Shown: one piece after another, positions 5,419-12,922 of the stretch
Position numbering within the stretch: the first letter of the stretch is position 1
Layout of the letters: every line of letters starts with the position of its first letter
Assembly: GCA_049967655.1 (NCBI GenBank)
Contig: JBMFSH010000059.1
Location: forward strand, 1-12,922
From: Acidobacteriota bacterium
GTDB taxonomy: Bacteria; Acidobacteriota; UBA4820; DSQY01
Direction of reading: 5' to 3'
DNA: 12,922 nt
The notes under the pieces: model-generated
What the model saw: the letters and a program-made list of their open reading frames with translations, nothing else
Database searches by the model: none
What the model was told of the DNA's origin: nothing
Program-made: the position numbers and the translations under genes

Positions 5419-7974
5419 TCAGGCTCCGCCTTCTCCCCCATCGGGCGCGGCGAAGCCGTAGTTGCCCGTGAGGAACTGCTCCACGTACCAGCGCATGGCC
5501 TCCTCGCCGGTCATGTACATGTCGAGCTGGCTGGCGCAGGCCATGAGGCGGCCCAGCACGTCGAGCTTGGCTTCGGTCTCCTCGGCCGGGGCCTTCTTGA
5601 GCCAGGCGTTCACCACGTCGCCGCGCCGGTCCACCTGGAAGCCGTTCTTGCTGAGGCAGGCCTCCAGGAAGCAGGCCCGAAGGTTCCGGCGCCGCCGCGT
5701 GGCGCCCCCTCCCGCGAAGCGGAACGAGATGTAGTTGTGGTTGGCCACCTCGGAGACGCAGGCATCCACGAGGGTGAAGTGGTAGGCGAGCCGCGAGTTG
5801 AGGTTCATGTACTCGTCCGCCACCAGCAGGTAGCTCTTCTCCCCCAGGGCCCGCCTGGCGTCGCCGTGGGAGGCGAAGGAGCCGGCCAGCACGGAGGCAA
5901 TGCCCCCCAGGCTGGCCGGCATGGATCGGCTCCAGGTGACCCTGGGGTGGCTGATGCCGGCCCAGATGGCCCGGAAAGGGCGCGAGGTGATCTCCGCGGG
6001 CATCACCTCGCGCCTCGCCGGATTCTCCAGCTCCAGGCCGCCGCCGAGATCCAGCACGTACAGGTTGACGGGAATGGGGGCGATGAGCTTCTTGGAGGCG
6101 TGGGGGCCGCTCTCGAAGGCCGTGTCGTGGATGGAGAACATGGCCTCGATGGCCTTCTCGTGGGCGTAGCGCAGGACGTCGTGGGTGGACTTGCAGCCGC
6201 GGGGCCGGAAGTTGAAGGCCGCGGGGTCGAGGAGGTTCAGGGTCAGGAGCCTCCGGCTGATGGGGTCGCCGCCCTGGCCTCGGTAGCGCTCGGGCACCTC
6301 CGCCTCCATGAGCTTGCGCGGCCAGAGGTCGCCGGGGTAGAGCCGGGCCTGGACGGCGTCGAGGCTCACGAGGTCGCCGGGCCGGACCTTCTCGAAGAGC
6401 CCCTTCATGCCGAAGACCGACGGCACCTTGAACTCGCGCAGGAGGGCCGCGCCGTGCCCCGCCACGTTTCCCCACTCGGCCGCCAGCCCCGCAAGGCGGG
6501 GCATGACCTTGACCACCTCCGGCGTGGGCCGGTGCAGGAGGAGGACGGCCCCTTCGGGCGTCCGGCCGAGCTCCTGGAGATCCCGGACCAGGTAGGCCGG
6601 GCCCGAGCTCCGGCCGGGATAGATGGTCTGCCCGCCTTCGAGGAGGGGTTCGCCCCTGGCCCGCGCCCGCCCGTGGCCCGTCTCCTCCTCGGCGAGGACG
6701 AGGGGACGGGCCTGGACGATCCAGACGCCACCGTCCTCATCCAGCACCCACTCCACGTCCTGGGGCGAACCGAAGTGCTCCTCGATGAGCACGCCCCAAC
6801 GCGCCAGGACCTGGAGCTCCTCGGTGTTCAGGCTGGGGGCCGCGCCCTCCGCCGGGTCCACGGGCCGCCTCACGACCCCGCCCCGGGGGTCCGGCAGCAG
6901 GATCGCCTCCTTCTGGACGAGCCGCCGTTCCAGCACGGCGTGGGTCCGGCTCCGAGAGACCAGGTAGAGGTCGGCCGAGGTGCGTCCGCTGGCCATGTCC
7001 AGCCCCAGCCCCCGGGTGGCGGTCACCCACAATTGACCGCTCCTGGGGTTCCGCGGGTCCCGGGTGTAGAGGATTCCGGCCGCCCTCGCCCTGAGGGTCG
7101 GAAGGACGAGGACCGCCATGGGGCTGTCCACCTCGGAGAGGCCGGCCGAGAGGCGGTAGAAGAGCGCCCGTTCGCTGAAGCGGCTGGCCACGACGCGCTT
7201 GTAGGCCTCCACCAGCCCGTCGGCGGGGACGTTGATCAGGCTGAGGAACTGGCCGGCGAAGGTGTGGTCGCCACCCTCGCCCACCGCGCTGGAGCGCACG
7301 GCGAGGCCCAGTCCGGCGCCGGCGAGCGCCTTCGCCCGCTCCGTGAGGGCGACCTCCACGGCTCGAGGCACGGGCGCGGCCAGAATCTTCTCGGTGAGCG
7401 AGCGCGAAGCCTGGCGCAGGGCGTCCAGATCGGAGGGATCGAGCTCCCGGATCGCGTCCCGGATCTCCCTCCAGAGCGGCAGCCCGCAGAACTGGCGGTA
7501 GGCCTCGGTGGTGAGGACGTAGCCGTCGGGCACGGGCAGCCCCAGGCGGTTCTTGACCTCGCCGAGGGCCACCGCCTTGCCCCCCGCCTCCTCCACGTGC
7601 GCCGCGTCCAGCTCGCTCAGCCAGGCGGAGAGCCTCCGCGGGACGAGCTCCTGCAGGCCCGCGATGTGGGTCTCCACCTCCCGCCGCTGGGCGCGCACCG
7701 CGCCCGAGAGGACGGGGGAGGGCTTGCCCATGAGCGCCTCGAGGGTCGAGACGATCTCCTCCGCCTTGTCGAAGATGGACGTCACCCGGAGGCCCAGCAC
7801 GTCCCGACGCGGGGGCACAAACTGCAGGTCCTCCTGCAGGCCCGCCATAAGCTCCAGGCACTCGTTGTTGAGCGAGAGCACGGACCGGAAGCTCTGGTAC
7901 TTGCTCCGGATCCGCTCCGCCGTGGAGAGTCCCTCCCCCGCCCCTCCCCGCCTCCCGGGCCGCCACACGTTCAT
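5419..7974 (-). CDS. PEP synthase / pyruvate,water dikinase-like protein (N-terminal extension, PPDK_N ATP-grasp, mobile phospho-His domain, non-canonical C-terminal domain)
   Basis: 851 aa. ATP-grasp motifs AGGKAVALGE, VPDGYVLTT, AVRSSAVGE, TFAGQF, PQDVEW and IVQARP; swivel-domain motif GNVAGHGAALLREFKVPSV (His507). No recognisable PEP-utilizer C-terminal barrel motifs. Confidence 0.92.
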   Translation of the reverse strand: MNVWRPGRRGGAGEGLSTAERIRSKYQSFRSVLSLNNECLELMAGLQEDLQFVPPRRDVLGLRVTSIFDKAEEIVSTLEALMGKPSPVLSGAVRAQRREVETHIAGLQELVPRRLSAWLSELDAAHVEEAGGKAVALGEVKNRLGLPVPDGYVLTTEAYRQFCGLPLWREIRDAIRELDPSDLDALRQASRSLTEKILAAPVPRAVEVALTERAKALAGAGLGLAVRSSAVGEGGDHTFAGQFLSLINVPADGLVEAYKRVVASRFSERALFYRLSAGLSEVDSPMAVLVLPTLRARAAGILYTRDPRNPRSGQLWVTATRGLGLDMASGRTSADLYLVSRSRTHAVLERRLVQKEAILLPDPRGGVVRRPVDPAEGAAPSLNTEELQVLARWGVLIEEHFGSPQDVEWVLDEDGGVWIVQARPLVLAEEETGHGRARARGEPLLEGGQTIYPGRSSGPAYLVRDLQELGRTPEGAVLLLHRPTPEVVKVMPRLAGLAAEWGNVAGHGAALLREFKVPSVFGMKGLFEKVRPGDLVSLDAVQARLYPGDLWPRKLMEAEVPERYRGQGGDPISRRLLTLNLLDPAAFNFRPRGCKSTHDVLRYAHEKAIEAMFSIHDTAFESGPHASKKLIAPIPVNLYVLDLGGGLELENPARREVMPAEITSRPFRAIWAGISHPRVTWSRSMPASLGGIASVLAGSFASHGDARRALGEKSYLLVADEYMNLNSRLAYHFTLVDACVSEVANHNYISFRFAGGGATRRRRNLRACFLEACLSKNGFQVDRRGDVVNAWLKKAPAEETEAKLDVLGRLMACASQLDMYMTGEEAMRWYVEQFLTGNYGFAAPDGGEGGA

Positions 7975-8134
7975 GAGGTCATGGTCTCACCCCGGCGGCG
8001 CCCTTGCCAAGAACCCCCGCCTAGCCAGGTGAGGAGGGACGCCCCTGATACAGGGTCCGGACCCCGGCGGCAGGCGGATTCACCGCGGGGGGGTCAAGGT
8101 GCGAAGGGCCCTCGCAAACGTGGGCACCCACACA

Positions 8135-9595
8135 CTATCTCTGCCGCTTATCCGGCGCCGCGGGGGCGGAAGCGGGTGGGGTACCAGCTTTCGCAGGCAC
8201 TGGGGGAGCGGCAGGAGAGACGTCGGCGGCCTTCGCCGGCGCCGCTTTCGCCTTGGCGCTGGAGCCGGTGATCTTGATGCAGACGAGGGCCGAGACGGCG
8301 GCGAGCTTGCCATTCGTCATGGTGCCCCAGATGGGGATGTCGATGAAGTCGGTCTGTCTCGACGGGTCTTTCGTGAAGGCGTCGGTCGCCTGCTGAAGGA
8401 GCATGGGGTAGACGGTGCTCTTAGGCAGCCTGAGTTCGAGATAGGGCCCCACGAAGTGGTACTCCGTCTTTCCGTCCGGCGAAGGGACGAAGGGGTCTTC
8501 GGGGGGCGGGTTCCAGTCGCCCTGGCTCTGAGCGGGCTCCTGCTTGACAGGGCACCCCGCCCACTCGAAGTTCGCCGAGGTCGTGTCCGGCTGCTTCTGG
8601 TTCGGCCAGCGCTTCTGGAAAGCCAGGGGTCTGCCCTGGAAGGTGAAGCCCGCCGTAATCATGTCGTCCACAGTCTCCGTTCCCGACGGGTGCGAGACGA
8701 AGACCTGAAGGTTGCCGTTTCCGCCTCCTCCCTGAAGCTCCGAGAGGGGAATCGTGCCGGGATGGACCACCGCGATCGAGGGGACGGTCGTGGGGTAGGG
8801 ATCAGTGGGCGGAACTTCCTTCCAGAGGACGTAGGAAGTCCCGTTGAATTTCCAGATGCGCGTGGGGGTGCTGGGCGTGTAGGTGATGTCGTTGGGCGCG
8901 TTCACGTGCTCTTGGAGCCACGGGCCCACCACCACTTCCGCGATGCCGTCACCGTCGAGGTCTTGCAGGTTGATGTCGGAGTCCGTCTGGAAGGCCGAGG
9001 TGAAGAGGTTCCAACTCGATGGAAGCAGTCCCGCTTGTCGAGCCGCCGTCATGCGCGGGTCTTCGGGCGTGATGTTTACGAGCTGGCCCCCGCGCCAGGC
9101 GAAGATGATCAGCGAGGGATTGTCGCCGACGTCGCCCCCTTCGACGAGGACTTCGGGAATGCCGTCGCCCGTCAAGTCCTGAGCGCGCAAGTCCCACGTG
9201 TTCGCATTCAACGGCCCAAACCAGGCCGGTGCGTCTTGGTAAATGGCCCAGGTTTGCCCCCCGTCCGTGCTCGAAAGGAGGCGCCAGTAGAAGCTGTGCA
9301 GGGCTCGTTCGCTTGGCTGGCCCGAGCTCCAAGCCAGGAGAAGGTACTGCTTGGGGTCGCCGGGGAAGCTCAGCGAAAGGTACTGGTATTGGGAACCCTG
9401 CTGGAAGGCCGTGCCATCTTGGGTGATGTCCAGACTCGGGTCTTCGAGCAGCGATGGATCTCCCGAAGCCCACTGTGTTATCGCGGGCGGCTGGAATTGA
9501 GTGAGAAGGGGTATCACCTGCTGAGGTGTTAGGGCAAAGACAGGCACGGTGGCCGCAAAGACAGCGATGAAAACGATGCGCCGGGATATTCTCAT
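8135..9595 (-). CDS. Secreted protein with FG-GAP/VCBS-like Ca-binding motifs, an Asp-box and an Ala/Pro/Lys-rich tail; function unknown
   Basis: 486 aa. Sec signal peptide MRISRRIVFIAVFAATVPVFA; motifs DLTGDGIPEVLV and DLDGDGIAEVVV; Asp-box-like STDGGQTW; low-complexity C-terminus. Purine-rich RBS; 16 bp downstream of the preceding gene. Confidence 0.85.
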   Translation of the reverse strand: MRISRRIVFIAVFAATVPVFALTPQQVIPLLTQFQPPAITQWASGDPSLLEDPSLDITQDGTAFQQGSQYQYLSLSFPGDPKQYLLLAWSSGQPSERALHSFYWRLLSSTDGGQTWAIYQDAPAWFGPLNANTWDLRAQDLTGDGIPEVLVEGGDVGDNPSLIIFAWRGGQLVNITPEDPRMTAARQAGLLPSSWNLFTSAFQTDSDINLQDLDGDGIAEVVVGPWLQEHVNAPNDITYTPSTPTRIWKFNGTSYVLWKEVPPTDPYPTTVPSIAVVHPGTIPLSELQGGGGNGNLQVFVSHPSGTETVDDMITAGFTFQGRPLAFQKRWPNQKQPDTTSANFEWAGCPVKQEPAQSQGDWNPPPEDPFVPSPDGKTEYHFVGPYLELRLPKSTVYPMLLQQATDAFTKDPSRQTDFIDIPIWGTMTNGKLAAVSALVCIKITGSSAKAKAAPAKAADVSPAAPPVPAKAGTPPASAPAAPDKRQR

Positions 9596-9611
9596 GGCTT
9601 CATTCCCCCTT

Positions 9612-12384
9612 TCAGTTGGGGCTGGGCCTGAAGGACCAAGCGTCGTTGCACACGTTGGTCGTGTAAGGCTGCGCGGTATTGTAAGCCTGGACTACAATGG
9701 AGAAAAGGTAGTGCCATGCAGAAAAACTCCCGTAGGGGATCTGCTGGAAACCGGAGTAGTTGGGGTCCTTCGTCCCAATCCACGCCACATAGTGGGAGCC
9801 GAGGTCGAGGCTCGTCGCCGGATCGAAGAGGGCGGCCGGGGGACGGCTTGATCCCGGCTGACCAGCGTTCCAGGCGAGTTGGCCAACGGCCGTCGTGTAG
9901 AGCACCTGCATGAGGCCGTAGCTGGCGGCGATGGCGGTTTGGGCGATGTAGGTGGCATGGTTCTGGAGCCAGGTCGCGGTCGTTTCTTCCAGGCCGCCCG
10001 TGCATACCGTCTGCGTTGCCCCGCAGTAGAACTGCCCCAGGTGCCAGGCCATGTAGATGCCCGCCTCTTTCATCCAGTTCATCCGCTGTCCGCAGGGTCC
10101 TCTCACGCCGTAATAGACGTTCGGCCAGCTTCCAGGATACCACCCGTCATCGCCGGCATAGATCTCGTACAGGGTCACCGGCGCGCCGTTGGGCGGAGGA
10201 GCGTCCGTCGTAAGAGTGAAGGGGGCGCAGCTATAGGGGAAGCTCTGCGTGAAATCCAGGTTCGTGATTTGAGAATAGGTGTTCCTCGGTGAGAGGTCCG
10301 CGTCGGTCAGCGCGTCCGTGCGAGGAAAGGTCAATCGATACAGATCGTAGTCGTGCGCCTGCCACTGCTGGTCAGTCCAGCCGGACACCCATCTCTTGTC
10401 GATGCTGTACAACTCGTAACGGTACTTGTTCGGGTTAAACGTGCCGCTCGTCTCGTGGTAGGCGATGGCCTTGATGTACTGGGGCGGAACGCCGTACTTG
10501 TCGGCATACTGGATGATCAGGGCATCCGGCGACGCCTGAGCGCCTTTTACCCCGAAATCCTCCGGGGCGCCGCTGCCCAACCCGCTCGGTGCGTTGATCA
10601 CGATCGTGAAGGTCAGCGTTGCCGGTTGCTTATTGCTTCCCTGATGTTGTGGATTGGTCGTCGTGATCGTGAGCTGGAACTGCCCCGTGTGCACAGTCTG
10701 GAAACGCAGATTGTTGGCCTGGTAGTTCTGGCCAGGTGGTGCGCTGCCCACGAACAGGACTTCGGGCTTTCCGTAATAGAGGCCATTACTGATTGAGTTC
10801 GGAGCCTTCTCGCTGTTTGGCACAAGCTGCCACTGCACCACTTCGGCTGTCGGTGTGTGGCCCTTCACCCCGTCATCCCAGTAGGCTTCCAACCGAGGCG
10901 TCTCACCAAAGGTAACGGAGGTGTTGGACTGTGCACCGTCGATCCAGTTGAAGACCGACGGACTGCCCCCCGTATCGCCAAGATCGGGATCTCCTGGATC
11001 GGGAAAGATTTCCACCTTCAGCTGTCCCTGCGTGGGACACTGCAAATCCACCTGCTCCCCCCGGCTCTTCTGCACCACGTCCTTGAACTGAACGCCCGTC
11101 GGACAGCAGGTGAAGGTGTCGTAGTAGTGCGGGTCGGTCATCTCGCCGGGGGTGACGCGGTGGATGACGATATGGCCATCGGGACGCTCTCCATCCAAGT
11201 AGAGGTCCGCATAGGCGTCGAGGGCGAAATTCCAGTTCGCCACCAATCCCGTCACTGAGGCGAGCTGAGCTCCGCTCTCCACTGAGAAGACCGGCGGTAC
11301 CCCCGTGTGAGGCCAGCCATCGAAGTCGGGGTTGTAGGCGTAGCCGCGGCCCATGCAGTCGGCCCCCAGGTTCCAGCTGAGGTTGGCCCAATCCTGGCTC
11401 GGTGCTGGCAGCGGAAAGACCTGGGACGCTCCCTGCCCCGCAGGCACCTTCAGAACGGCCGCATTCCACCCTGTCCCTTCCGTAACGTGAGCGTAAGCGG
11501 TTCCATCCGCGCTGACGATAAAGTGAGTGCCATCCCCATACACCGGGCCCAATGACAGTCCGCCGGGGGTGAGACAGGAAGAGGACGAGGGGTCCAAAGC
11601 CAGTGTGTCCCCGGGTGCGAAGCGCCAGATGGCCATGTCCGCCGTTTGATCGCCCGTGTAGGCCTCCACGTATAGGTTGCCTGCTCCATCGAAACCCAGG
11701 GCCAGTGGCACCCAGCAGGCGGCGGGCGTGACGCAGCAGCAGAGGCTGCGATTGCGGGCTGGGTCCTGGATGCACCAGCTACCGTAGGATCCAGTGAAGT
11801 ATGCCCACGAGCAGTCCACGGGGTCCGTTGCATAGCCCCACGTGCCGCCACCCTCTGTGAGGAGCTGCTGCGAACTTCCATCAGCGTTCAGCTGATAAAT
11901 TGCCCCGGAGGTTTCCAGATAAAGATCGTCCGCCTGACCGGGCATGAGGCCATCGAGCTCCCGTACCCGCTGCCCCTGCGCATTGGACAGCAGGGGCGTA
12001 ACATCGAACTCCCTCCAGATCACCAGAATGTCCGCGGGGTTGCTGGTCTGGACGAGGGGCTGGCCGTTGACCATGGCGGTGGTGGTGACCGTGACGGGGC
12101 CGCTCGTGGCGCCCTGGGGGACGGTGAGGCTGATCTGGGTGTCCGAGTCGGGGGTGACGGCGATGGGAATCGAGCCGAAGTTCACGGTGACCTGGGTCTC
12201 GCCGGCGGTGAAGGCCTGGCCGGTGAGGGTGAGCAGGTCCCCTACCGCGGCGCGGTCAGGGAAGACCTGGCTCAACGTTGGTGCGGGGGGGGGGCGATTG
12301 GGCGCGAGCCTGCCACGCGGGAAGGCCTAGACAGACGAGGAGACCCACGAAGCCCAGTAACGGACCGATCCCTTTTCTCATCAT
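9612..12384 (-). CDS. Large secreted multidomain lytic transglycosylase (SLT/GH23-like) with an IPT/TIG domain and beta-propeller-like repeats; frameshifted at a homopolymer just after the signal peptide
   Basis: Main ORF 9612..12275 has IPT/TIG (VFPDRAAVGDLLTLTG...SDTQISLTVPQGATSGPVTVT), NHL-like repeats (LGFDGAGNLYV, FALDAYADLYL) and SLT motifs ADKYGVPPQYIKAIAYHETS, SYGLMQV, LFDPATSLDLGSHY and QAYN. The AAGGAGG RBS, ATGs at 12384/12381 and signal peptide MMRKGIGPLLGFVGLLVCLGLPAWQARA are in another frame and join the main ORF if C10 becomes C9. Confidence 0.85.
12285..12294. repeat. G10 homopolymer (C10 on the coding strand) at the frameshift site
   Basis: Coding strand reads CAA TCG CCCCCCCCCC GCA CCA ACG TTG AGC CAG. 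Confidence 0.9.
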
Positions 12385-12418
12385 TCCCCCTCCTTGAACA
12401 TGGCAGCGCAACATGGCC

Positions 12419-12447
12419 AGGGTACTGGGAAAGGGGAGATGTGTCAA
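12419..12447 (-). promoter_or_regulatory. Putative sigma70 promoter of the secreted two-gene module
   Basis: TTGACA (12447-12442), 17-nt spacer, TACCCT (12424-12419); about 35 nt upstream of the ATG, with an AAGGAGG RBS in between. Confidence 0.7.
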
Positions 12448-12506
12448 CGGAATCCGGCGGCCAGACTGAAGACACTGCTCCATGTGTCTTGCCTGTCAGG
12501 TCTTCT

Positions 12507-12881
12507 GTAAATCCTCGCCGTACCCCGTCTGGCGAAGGGTGAAGATCGCGGGGTAGCCTGGGGCGGTGGGCAGAAGGCGCGTGGAGCAAGGCTGCGGTGC
12601 GCGGCCCGGGGATACCCCGTTGTTCTGTGGACCGGCGCCCACCTACGCCGGCGGCCGGGACAGTGCCAGGCGGGCGGGGCTGATGAGGGGTTCCTACCGG
12701 ACTGGTGCAGAGGGCCGGGCGGCCTGCGAGGAGCGGGATGAGGAGAAGGGGAAGCCGGTCAGTCCTGGAGCGCTTCGGGCAGGGTGACGGTGCCGGGGGT
12801 GCGGATGGCGGCGAAGGCGGCCCGGCGGACGTAGGCCTTGGGGTCCTCGCCGCAGAGCTTGGCGGTCTCGAAGAGGGTGTA
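12507..12881 (-). mobile_element. Right-end remnant of an IS66-family insertion sequence
   Basis: tnpC C-terminal fragment followed about 230 bp later by a candidate terminal inverted repeat reading GTAAATCCTCGCCGTACCCCGTCT on the + strand (12507-12530). GTAA termini are characteristic of IS66. Confidence 0.7.
12759..12881 (-). pseudogene. tnpC: IS66 transposase TnpC, C-terminal 40-aa fragment
   Basis: YTLFETAKLCGEDPKAYVRRAAFAAIRTPGTVTLPEALQD* matches the IS66 C-terminal pattern Y(S/T)LxETAKLxGxDPxAY. In-frame sequence further upstream does not resemble TnpC. Confidence 0.78.
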
Positions 12882-12922
12882 TGTACAGGGACGCCTTAGA
12901 TTGCTCTCTTGAGTGACACGAA

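Noticed and set aside
5419..7974. Calling the gene ppsA or rifampin phosphotransferase (rph)
   Set aside because: It lacks recognisable pyruvate-binding barrel motifs of PpsA, and in Rph the His domain is C-terminal whereas here it is central.
7981..8010. Promoter for the PPS-like gene (TTGGCA-N18-GACCAT, or a sigma54 TGGCA)
   Set aside because: The -10 match is poor and the sigma54 -12 TTGC element is absent.
8100..8131. Rho-independent terminator after the FG-GAP gene
   Set aside because: Only two short 5-bp stems (TGCGA/TCGCA and GTGGG/CCCAC) and no convincing U-tract.
5737..9532. Long plus-strand ORFs of 844 aa (5737..8271) and 477 aa (8099..9532), plus the out-of-frame minus ORFs 4718..6475 and 6737..7966
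   Set aside because: Shadow or alternative frames of well-supported genes, with no recognisable domains and biased composition.
9612..12275. Prophage tail lysin or endolysin
   Set aside because: No phage genes nearby, and the protein has a Sec signal peptide and a host-type promoter.

Overview
GC-rich bacterial window in which every credible gene lies on the minus strand. Read in transcription order (right to left): (1) a remnant of an IS66-family element, comprising the last 40 codons of tnpC and a candidate right inverted repeat; (2) a two-gene secreted module behind a strong sigma70-type promoter, consisting of a large Cys-rich protein (signal peptide, IPT/TIG domain, beta-propeller-like region, and a C-terminal lytic transglycosylase domain carrying a very large insertion) whose signal peptide is out of frame by one base in a C10 homopolymer, followed by a secreted FG-GAP/Asp-box protein; (3) a five-gene cluster encoding a PEP-synthase-like ATP-grasp/phospho-His protein with a non-canonical C-terminus, a cytidylate-kinase-like/BON-like/USP-like/2-TM fusion, a TauE/SafE (TSUP) transporter, a stand-alone receiver and a HAMP sensor histidine kinase; (4) a REP-associated tyrosine (HUH/Y1) transposase running off the left edge, which the ORF track missed. 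Short 7-mer and 8-mer tandem arrays sit immediately behind two stop codons. All family assignments come from motif recognition by eye; no database searches were run.
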